Part shown: positions 49,101-61,100 of the stretch, piece by piece
Layout of the letters: each line of letters starts with the position of its first letter
Numbering within the stretch: the stretch's first letter is position 1
Origin: Bacteroidia bacterium
GTDB taxonomy: Bacteria > Bacteroidota > Bacteroidia > Bacteroidales > JAPLDU01
DNA length: 64,000 bases
Assembly (NCBI GenBank): GCA_026391255.1
Contig: JAPLDU010000057.1
Location: 6,973 to 70,972 of the forward strand
Direction of reading: 5' to 3'
Notes under the pieces: generated by a model
What the model was told of the DNA's origin: nothing
Databases searched by the model: none
What the model saw: only the letters and a program-made list of their open reading frames with translations
Made by a program: the position numbers and the translations under genes

Positions 49101-52100
49101 ATCAGCATATTTGTTTCGGGAATTCTGCTTTCCTGACGGCAACCGGAGGTGGTTCCTATGCATGGAATACCGGTGATTTTACTCAGAGTATTACTGTATA
49201 TCCTCTGACAACAACAGTATATACTGTTACTGTTACAAACACAAACCAGTGCGTTAGTACCGACCAGGTTACAGTATTTGTGAATAATCTTCCAATTGCC
49301 GATGCCGGTCCAGATCAGGTGGTTTGTTATGGTACACCGGCCACTCTGACCGCCACAGGTGGAGTTTATTATTTGTGGAGCACTTTTGAAACTACAGCTT
49401 CAATAAATGTCACCCCAACCGCATCTGAAATATATTACGTTACCGTAACAGATGGAAATGGTTGTTCTTCTTCTGATTATGTAAATGTTACAGTTTTAGA
49501 TCTTCCGGTGGTAAATGCCGGGAATAATATAACTGTATGTAATGGACAAAGTGTTACACTGACTGCCACAGGTGGCGATTCTTATTCATGGGATAATAAT
49601 GTCGAACAGGGAGTTCCATTTGTACCCCAGTATACTACACTATATACTGTTACAGTTACTGACAATAATGACTGTTCTAATACCGGTAATGTTACTGTTT
49701 TCGTAGATCCTCAGATCAGTTTATCCTTTGTTAGTGTTATGCCTTCCTGTGCTGGATATTCGAACGGTTCGATTGACCTTACAATAATTGGTGGTTCTAC
49801 TCCATATCAGATTCTTTGGTCAACAGGTAGTACGAATGAAGATATCAGTGGTCTGGATGCTTCTCAATATTCTGTGGTCGTGACAGATGCTTTTAACTGT
49901 TCATCTTCGTTGAATGTAGATATTTTGCAACCCAATCAATTGACATTATCAATATTTGATATTGGTAATTATTCCGGTTATAGTGTGAGTTGCCATGGTG
50001 CTGCTGATGGTAGCGCTTCTGCTGTCGTAAATGATGGAACTGCCCCGTATTCATATTTGTGGAGCAACGGAAGTACAGTTAACCCTGCAACTGGTTTGAC
50101 TGCCGGAGATTATTCTGTCGTTGTGACTGATGCGAAAGGATGTCAGATATCAGGTAATATTACCTTAACAGAACCTGACGTTTTGCATATTGGTAGTAGT
50201 ACTACACCTGTTACTTGTGTTGGAGCCAGTGATGGAAGTATCAATATTATTGTTGATGGTGGAACTACTCCTTATATATATTATTGGAATAACGGAGTTA
50301 CAACCCAAAATGTTAGCAATGTGCCGGCAGGTAATTATTCTGTAACTGTAACTGATTATTATGGCTGTCAGAATTTTGCGACAGTCACTGTCGAACATCC
50401 CGTTGGTATTCAGGCATCGTTTATAAAATCTGATTTCAACGGTTATAATATTAGTTGTTTTGGTTCTGCTACAGGAACTATCGATTTGACAGTTAATGGT
50501 GTTACATCTCCTTATACTTATCTATGGTCAACTGGTGAAACCACTCAAAACCTTGCCAATATTTCATTGGGTAATTCTTCAAGTGTAACTTATACTGTTA
50601 CTATTACCGATAATAATAATTGCACCCAGACGGCCTCTACCATTATGACTCAGCCAGGTACTCCTATCTTTCAGTTTTCTCATCCACCTATCACCACTTG
50701 CTTTGGTGATTCGATTGGACATATTACACTGACTATTAGTTTTACAGGACTTACTCCTCCTTCACCTTATACCTATCTGTGGTCAAACGGTGCAACAACA
50801 CAAAATTTGACGAATATTCCAGGTGGAGCTTATTCTGTTACTTTTACCGATGCAAACGGATGTCATACTGATGCACAAACTACACTTTCCCAACCTGCTC
50901 AGTTAATTGCTTCTGCAACTGCAATTACCAACTTTAACGGTTATAATGTTAGTTGCTTCGGTTCATCTAATGGTGTTGCCGTAGTTAATGTAACTGGTGG
51001 CACTCCTTTATATACATATAAGTGGAGTGATGTATCCGGTACTACAAATGATACACTTTCAGGAATTTCTGCAAGCATGTTTAGGGTTACTGTGACCGAC
51101 TCTCACTTTTGTACAGCAACTTCTTCAGTGACACTTACACAACCTTCGGCTATCACTTTAATGTCGCAAATTACAAATGTTATTTGCAATGGTGGCAGTA
51201 CTGGTGCTATTGACCTTACACCAGACGGTGGTGTTGTACCTTATGGTTATCATTGGTCTAACAGTTCCACAACACAGGATATTTCAAACCTGATTGCCGG
51301 AATTTATTTGGTTACAGTTACTGACCATAACGCATGTACTGCTACTGCTCCTTATACTGTAACACAGAACACAGCTATTTCTCTTACTGCTGTGATCACA
51401 AAGGTTAGTTGCTACGGTGGAGTAAATGGTATGATCAATATCACTGTATCAGGAGGTAATACTCCTTACAACTTTAACTGGTCAAATGGCAGTACACTTG
51501 AAGATATTTCAGGATTAACCGCAAGTATTACTCCTTACACAGTTACAGTAACAGATGCACTTGGATGTAATAAAACTGGTTCATATACTGTTAGCCAGAA
51601 TCCACAGCTTACTATATCAGAGACAATCACCAATGTTGCATGTAATGGAGGTAATAATGGAGCTATTCAAATTAATGTTGAAGGTGGTGTTACACCATAT
51701 GCATTTAATTGGAACGATGGACCTACTTCTCAAAACAGATATAATCTCGAAATGGGTACCTATTATGTCACAGTTATTGATGCTGCATTATGTAATATTA
51801 CCGGATCATATACAATTACTCAGCCAGACCAGTTAATAGTCAATTATTTTATTACAAACTTAAACTGTTATCAGGGTTCAAATGGCGCTATTAATCTGAC
51901 TGTTAGTGGTGGTACAACTCCTTATTCATACGACTGGAGCAATAGTGCTACTACAGAAAATATTGACAATCTGTTAGCAGGTAATTATTCAGTGGTTATT
52001 ATGGATGCCCATTCCTGTGCCTTCAGTGGAGCTTATGTTGTGACTGAACCTCCTATTTTCCAGGTTAATACTCAGGAAGTGTCTGGAATCAGTTGTTACG

Positions 52101-55100
52101 GCTTCAATGACGGAGTTGTAACTGCCGTAAAGACCAACGGAATAAGCCCATTTACATATCAATGGAGTAATGGTGGTTCAACAGATACTATTTCAGGACT
52201 GGCTCCGGGAACTTATTCTGTTACTGTAATTGACGCCAATGGTTGTGTTGCCAACAGTGCAACTCTGCCATTGCCGTGGAATTATTTGGTTACCGGTACA
52301 AATCATACTATAGCTATTCAGCCTTCAACAGTATTTGATATTGGCGGAAGTAATATCCAGATAGGTGACTATATCGGAGTATTCTACAACTATGGTGGAA
52401 CTTTATATTGTGGTGGTTACGTACAGTGGACTGCTGCCAATGCTTCCTTTGGTACTTCCCTGGCTGCCTGGGGAGCTGACGTAGGTGGTGATGGATTTGT
52501 TTCAGGTGAAGCATTTAACTGGAAAATATGGCGTTCAGCATTGGGATATGGAGTAAATGCTACTGCTGTAGCCGATCCGTCATTTGATCCTTTTTATTTT
52601 AATAACGGCTCACTAAGTGTTCTTCAATCACTTTCTGTTGCCCCGTCTGATTTACCGACCGATCCTTCGCAGATTACATTAACAGAACCCACATCTGTAA
52701 TAGGAACTATATATATGTCAACTCCTCCGATAGCATGTGCCGGTGGTGTTACCTCTCTAATAGGTATTCCTGACGGTGGCACTGCTCCTTATTCATTCCT
52801 CTGGAGTAATAATGTCACTACCCAGGATTTAAATAATGTGCCTGCTGGAACATATGACCTTACGGTTACTGATGCTCACGGATGTACCGGTACGGCTCAG
52901 TATATTATTGAAGAACCGGATCCGCTTGCATTTGATTTCTCTGTAATTAAACCTAGCTGTTATGGCTATTCAAATGGTTCTGCCGACGTGACAATTACTG
53001 GTGGTATTTCACCATATGTGATTATTTGGACTTCCATCGGTCAGTTTGGAACTCATGCTTCTGACCTGTTTGCAGGAACCTACCCTGTTTTAGTCATCGA
53101 TGGTAACAACTGTTTAGCAAATGCATCAGTTAATGTTGGTCAACCGGATGCTCTGTTTGCATCTGCAGTGGAAACCAATAATGCCGGTTATTCCGGTACT
53201 GAAGGAGCAATTGACTTAACGGTAACCGGTGGTACTATTCCTTATTCATATGTATGGTCGGATGGAGAAACCACTGAAGATATTTCAGGCTTAACAGTTG
53301 GAACTTATACTGTTACTGTTACTGATGCCAATTATTGCAGTACTACTGCAAGCGCTACTATTGAACTTATACCGTCATTAAGTATTTCCTGGACACTTGT
53401 CAATCCTCAGTGTTATGGATACGATGGTTCGATTGACCTTCAGGTTCAGGGCGGTATACAACCATATTCCTATCTGTGGTCAGATAATGAAACAGTTAGC
53501 TTAATTTACGTACTCGCTGGTGTATATGACGTTACCGTAACTGATTATAATGGATTATCAGGAACAGCTGAGATTATTGTGAATCAGCCTCCTGCCATGA
53601 CTATTTTGGCTGTTGTAACTGATCCGACCTGTCAGGGTGGATCAAACGGAGCTATTGACATAACGGTTACAAATGGTGTCTCTCCACTCATTTATTGGTG
53701 GTCAAACGGTAGCTTTGATGAAGATTTAAGTGGATTAACAGCAGGTTCATATGCTGTAAACGTGTGGGATATCAACGGATGTCATGTTACTGCTGACTAT
53801 ACACTTACCGATCCTGTTGAATTATTTGCAATAATTAGTATTACAAGCAATTATAATGGTCAGGCTATCAGTTGCAACGGAGCTGCTGATGGAATGCTTG
53901 ACGTCATTGCATCAGGTGGTACTACTCCTTATTCATATATTTGGAGTACCGGAGCTACTGATAATGAAATCAGTGGTCTTATTGCAGGCACCTATTTCGT
54001 TACTGTTCATGATGCAAATAACTGTTCGACAAGTGGAATTTCAGTTATTCCAAACGTCGGATCAAATGTTGACTGGAGCTATACTATTACTTCAATTCCA
54101 ACTCATCTGATTTATGTACCTGCAGATGCTGTTAATGTTGATGGAATGCCATTATCCTGGGGCGATTATGTGGGTGTCTTTTATAATGTTAACGGAGGAT
54201 CATTGGCCTGCGGAGGATTTATGTTATATACCGGGTCAGATAATTACATTTCTGCATACGGAGCTGATCCGGGAATGAATAATGGTTTTGCCATTGGAGA
54301 AGAATTCAAATGGAAAATATATAAATCGGCTGAAAATTTGACACTTGATGCTGACCCGATTTATGATATTGTTGACTTTACTCAATCAGCCTGGTTTACT
54401 CCTGATGGAATTTCAGGCTTGACATCCCTCACCGGATCGCTTAACGGTCAGACTATAGCTCAGGGTATTGTTTTAGGACAACCTGATGCAATTTCTCTTA
54501 CTCTCGATATTTCAAACTACAATGGTTATGCAATATCCTGTTACCAGGCCAACGATGGTGCTGTAGTTGCCAATGTTACAGGAGGGACTTCTCCTTACAG
54601 TTATTACTGGTCAAATGGTAGTATATTGCAGGGAGCTGATCAGTTAGCACCCGGAGATTATAGTGTGACGGTTACTGATGCCAATGGCTGTTATGCTGTT
54701 GTTAACTTTACCATCACAGGACCTGATCAGTTAGTTGCCAATTATTCGGCTACTGAGATATTATGCTATGGAGGTACTTCAGATGTAACCATCTGGGCAA
54801 CCGGCGGAACTGCACCTTATAGTGGAGAAACCACGGTCTCATTACCCGCAGGAACATATACTTATACAGTCGGTGATGCCAATGGATGCACTGCAGATGT
54901 AACATTTACAATCACAGAGCCTTCACCGTTAGGAGGATTTTATTCTTATACTGATATAAGTTGTTATGGAGCAGCAGATGGAACTATTGACTTTTTTGAT
55001 ATTTATGGAGGTATTCCCCCTTATGAATACAGTGTAGACGGAGGATTAACCTGGCAGTTGAGCGAATATTTTACAGCACTGGGACCTGACACATTCCAAT

Positions 55101-58100
55101 TACAAGTCAGAGATGCTAACAATTGTTATGCGTATGGTGTACATGTCGTTGCGGAACCTTCTCAGTTAGTAGCCAATTATTCAGCTACTGATATATCATG
55201 TAACGGTGGGACTTCATATGTGACCATCTGGGCAACCGGAGGAACAGCACCATACAGTGGAGAAACGACCGTTTATTTATCAGCCGGTACATATACCTAT
55301 TCGGTTAGTGATGCCAATGGATGTACAGCAGATATAACCTTTACCATCTCGGAACCCAATCAGTTAGTTGCCAATTATTCGGCTACTGAAATATTATGTG
55401 CCGGAGGCACATCAGATGTAACCATCTGGGCAACAGGCGGAACCCCGCCATATTCAGGAGAAACGACAGTTTCCTTGCTGACCGGTACATATAATTATAC
55501 AGTTACTGATGCAAATGGATGTACAGCCAATATTAGTTTTACTATTACCGAACCTCCGGTATTTACATTAACTGCATATGTAGTTAATCCGATCTTATGC
55601 TATGGTGATAGTGCAGATGTATACTGGTATACCAATAACGGTGAATATGGAGACATTTTCCTGACTGCAGGTGGCTGGATACTTAGCATTTCAAACAGTA
55701 ATGGTTGTATTGCAATTGACACAATTTTCATTACAGGACCTGATCAGTTAGTTGCCAATTATTCAGCTAGTACTATTTTATGTGCCGGAACTAATTCAGA
55801 TGTCACCATCTGGGCGACTGGAGGAACTCCGCCATATTATGGAGAAACTATAGTATCGTTGCCAGCCGGAACATATACATATTCAGTAGAAGATGCCAAT
55901 GGATGTTATGCTGATGTTACATTTATAATTACAGAGCCAGATCAATTAGTTGCCAATTATTCAGCTTCCGATATTTTATGCACAGGAGGCACATCCGATG
56001 TAACCATCTGGGCAACCGGAGGAACAGCACCGTACAGTGGAGAAACAATAGTATCATTACCAGCCGGATCTTATACGTATACAGTCAGTGATGCCAATGG
56101 TTGTACAGCAGAAATTACATTTACCATAACAGAGCCGGATCAGTTAGGAGGATCTTTTACATATACAAATATATCCTGTTATGGATTTGCCGATGGATCC
56201 TTTGATATTTTCTATATTTACGGTGGAACTTTGCCTTATGAATACAGTATTGACGGAGGTTTGACCTGGCAGTCCGACGGAAATTTCACAGGTCTGACGG
56301 CAGGAGATTATCAATTACTTGTTAAAGATGCAAACCAGTGTATAGTAGGCGCTGATTGGACACTGACGCAACCCGATCAGTTAGTGGCTAATTATTCAGC
56401 TACTGATATATCATGTAACGGTGGGACTTCATATGTGACCATCTGGGCAACCGGAGGAACTGCACCATACAGTGGAGAAACGATAGTGTATTTATCTGCG
56501 GGGACATATACCTATTCGGTAAGTGATGCCAATGGATGCACAGCAGATGTATCATTCACGATCACGGGACCTGATCAGTTAGTTGCCAATTATTCGGCTA
56601 CTGAAATATTATGCTTTGGAGATAGTTCAGAAGTAACCATCTGGGCAACCGGCGGGACTGCACCATATTCAGGAGAAACCACGGTCTCATTACCTGCAGG
56701 TCATTATACTTATACAGTCAGTGATGCCAATGGATGTTCAGCTGATGTTACATTTGACATCACACAGCCATATCGGTTAGGAGGTTTGGTTTATTATACT
56801 AATGTAACTTGTTACGGATTTTCTGATGGGACATTTGACATACAATTAATTGGAGGTACTCCTCCTTATGAATATTCCATTGATGGAGGATTGACCTGGC
56901 TGTCAACAGGATATTTTACAGGATTAGCGCCAAATATTTATCCTATTCGGGTCAGAGATGCAAATCTTTGTTATAATGGCGTTGACATAACAATAACACA
57001 ACCGGATCAATTAGTTGCCTATTATTCATCTACTGATATTTCATGCTTCGGCGATGTTTCTTACGTGACCATATGGGCTACCGGAGGAACTGCACCGTAC
57101 AGCGGTGAAACCACAGATTATTTATCACCTGGTACATATACCTATTCTGTAAGTGATGCCAATGGATGTACGGCAGATATTACATTTACGATTACAGCGC
57201 CTGATCAGTTAGTTGCCAATTATACAGCAACAGATATTTCATGCTACGGCGATTTTTCCAATGTAAGCATATGGGCAACAGGAGGAACCTCACCATATAG
57301 CGGAGATACCACGGTATCATTGCCAGCGGGAGAATATACCTATACAGTGAGTGATGCCAATGGATGTACAGCAGAGGTAACATTTATCATCACACAGCCA
57401 GATTTGTTAGGAGGATATTTTGTTCCTTCTGAAGTGACATGTTATGGATTTGCAAATGGAAGTATTGACATTTACGTAGCCGGAGGTACTCCTCCTTATA
57501 TATATAGTATAGATGGAGGTTTAACCTGGCAGTCCGACCAATATTTTGCAGGATTGGATGTGGGAGATTATTATATACTTGTAATGGATGCAAACCAGTG
57601 TACAGGTTATGGTTTCTGGACAATCACCCAACCTGATCAGTTAGTTGCCAATTATTCAGCAACAGATATTTCATGCTATGGCAATGTTTCCTATGTGACC
57701 ATATGGGCAACCGGAGGAACAGCTCCATACAGCGGTGAAACTACCGTTTATTTATCAGCCGGCACATATACCTATTCGGTAAGTGATGCCAATGGATGTA
57801 CAGCTGATGTTACCTTTACAATTACAGGACCAGCCAGTCCATTAACAGCCAATTATTCAGCTACTGATATATTATGTGCCGGAGGTACTTCAGATGTGGT
57901 CATTTGGGCAACCGGAGGAACTGCACCTTATAGTGGAGAAACCACGGTTTCATTACCAGCCGGAACATATACCTATACAGTAAGTGATGCCAATGGATGT
58001 ACAGCAGATGTTACATTTACCATCACAGAACCGCAGTCATTATTTGGATATTTTTCATATTCTGAAATCTCATGTTTTGGATATGCCGATGGGTCAATTG

Positions 58101-61100
58101 ATATTTATTACATGACCGGAGGAACTTTGCCTTATGAATATAGTGATGACGGAGGCTTGACATGGCAGTCCAGTGAATATTTCACCGGATTGATGGCAGG
58201 AGATTATAATTTAGAAGTCCGGGATGCAAACGGTTGCACAGCTTATGGTTATATAACTCTTTATCAACCTGATCAAATCGTTATCTCGGGTAATGTGACT
58301 GATGTCAGTTGTTTTGGTAACTTAAATGGTGCAATTGATATCTCGGTGACAGGTGGAGTACCGGATTACTTTGTCTATTGGAGCAATGGTTCAACTGATA
58401 TGAACCTTTCAAATCTTGCAGCCGGAAATTATACTGTCACAGTAGTTGATGAAACCGGTTGCTCTGCAACTATGACCTTTAATGTTAACTCACCCGCTAT
58501 GCCGGTTCTTGATTATTCAGTGACTGAAGTATCATGCTTCGGTTATGCTGATGGTGCAATTGTAATATATGATATTGCTGGAGGAGTTTCACCATTTACC
58601 TATCTCTGGAGTACTGGTTCAACAGTAAATAGTATTTACAATTTATCTGCTGGAACTTATTCTGTTACGGTAACTGATTACAATGGTTGCGTGAGTCAGG
58701 CTGATATTATTGTAACTGAGCCTGATATTATTTCCATTTCTGAAATTTCACATAATGTTTCCTGCTATGATGGTACTGACGGATCAATAGATCTTACTGT
58801 TACCGGAGGAACTCCAGGTTATACATACCACTGGAATTATTTTACCAGTGATGTCATGAACTGGACCTATACTAATACCGGAACCAACCATGCAATTCTG
58901 ATCACTACCAATGCAACTATATTACTTAATGGTAACCCGATAGGTATCGGCGATTATATTGGTGTGTTCTATCATAACCAGCTTGGTCATCTTGTATGTG
59001 GAGGATATGCTCAGTGGAATGGGAACAATACAAATATTTCAGCATGGGGTTCAGACTACAACATGTCGACAGGCCAGAGTCTCTATAATGGATTCGCTAT
59101 TCACGAACAGTTTATTTTCAGAATTTGGCATGCTGCCGATGGCCTGATCTACGATGTTAATGCCACGTATTTTTCAGGAGAACCTGATATGCAATATTAT
59201 GTAACTGATGGAATCAGCAGTGTCAGTTCATTAATTGGAAACTTTGAATTGAATGATTTGCCAGGTACTGAGGACCTTGTGAATATTGGGGCAGGTACTT
59301 ATTCTGTTACTGTAACAGATTCTCATAATTGCACTGCTACGGCACAGATAATTATTACCGAACCTCCTATTCTCCACTTATCAGTGGTCAAAACAAATGC
59401 TCATTGCTATGGCAGTAATGACGGAACAATAAACCTTACCGTAACAGGTGGCACAGCGCCATATTCTTATCTATGGTCAAATGCTGCCACTACTGAAGAT
59501 ATTGCTAATCTGTCAGCCGGTACTTACTTCGTTACTGTTACCGATCATAATGGTTGCCAGGATGTAATTGGTGCGATTATTTATCAGTCATCTCCATTCA
59601 GCTTTACATCTACTCAAACGAATGTAAATTGCAATATTGGTAATAATGGATCAATAAATCTGACACTTACCGGTGGATTATCTCCATTTATCTTCCATTG
59701 GTCAAACGGGGCTACTACTCAAAATTTAAATAATCTGGTTGCCGGTACTTATAATGTATCTATCACAGATGCTACGACCTGCACTTTGACTGGTAGTTTT
59801 GTAATTGACCAGGCTGTTTCATTAACAGTTACTTCAAATTCTGTAAATGAAACCTGCAACGGAAACAATACCGGATCAATTACTCTTACTGTAACGGGAG
59901 GTACAACTCCATACACATACCATTGGAATACCGGTGCTACTACACAGACAATAAATAATCTTTATGCCGGTAATTATACAGTCACTGTTACAGAAGCCAG
60001 TGGTTGTTACAAGGTTTCAACATTTACCGTAAATCAGCCTGTTGTAATTAGTGTCATATTAACAAAGACAAATATTACCTGTTTCGGTGGTAATAATGGA
60101 ACAATAAGTACGTCGGTATCAGGTGGTACTGCTCCTTATTATTATCATTGGTCAAACGGTACTACTGTTCAGAATCTTTCAAACCTTGCTTCCGGTTTAT
60201 ATATTGTTACTGTTACCGATAGTAATGGCTGCTTTAATACTGCTGCAACTACGATCAATCAACCCACGCAGATTATCCTTACATTTAACAAAACCAATGT
60301 ATCATGTTATGGTGCGGCTAATGGTACTGTACATTTGACAGTATCCGGTGGAGCATCTCCATATACTTATCTGTGGTCGACTGGTGCTACAACATCCAAT
60401 ATTACAGGCCTGATTATTGGAACTTACTATGTTACAGTTACTGATAATGCAGGATGTAAGAAAACAGGAAGTACTATAATTACTCAACCTGCTGTAATCA
60501 ACCTGACTTTCAATGCTACAAATATTACATGTAATGGTGGATACAATGGAAGTATCAATCTGACTGTCAGTGGTGGTATGCCCGGATATACCTATGTTTG
60601 GTCAAATAGTGCCACCACCCAGAATCTTGCTAATATCGGTGCTGGGACATATTCAGTCACAGTAACCGATATGAATGGATGTACAAAAACAGGAAGTAAG
60701 ACAGTATCTCAATCTGGCTCTATTGTTTTAAGTCTGACAAAATCAGATGTTACATGCTTTGGCGGTAGCAATGGTTCGGTCAATCTGGTTGTTGTTTCAG
60801 TAGGAGCAACACCTTTCTTATATCATTGGTCAAATGGTTCTACTTCTCAGAATCTGAATAATGTTACTGCTGGAAATTATAACGTAACTGTTACTGATGC
60901 AGGTGGTTGTACTTCAACATCCGGAATTAGCGTTATTCAACCTGCTGCATTGGTTGCTACTTCAACAGCAACATCAATTCTATGTCATGGTGGCACTGCC
61001 ATTATAACAGTGGGTGCTAACGGTGGTACAGCTCCTTATTCCGGAACAGGAACATTTACTGTATCTGCCGGTACCTATACTTATACAGTGACAGATTCTC

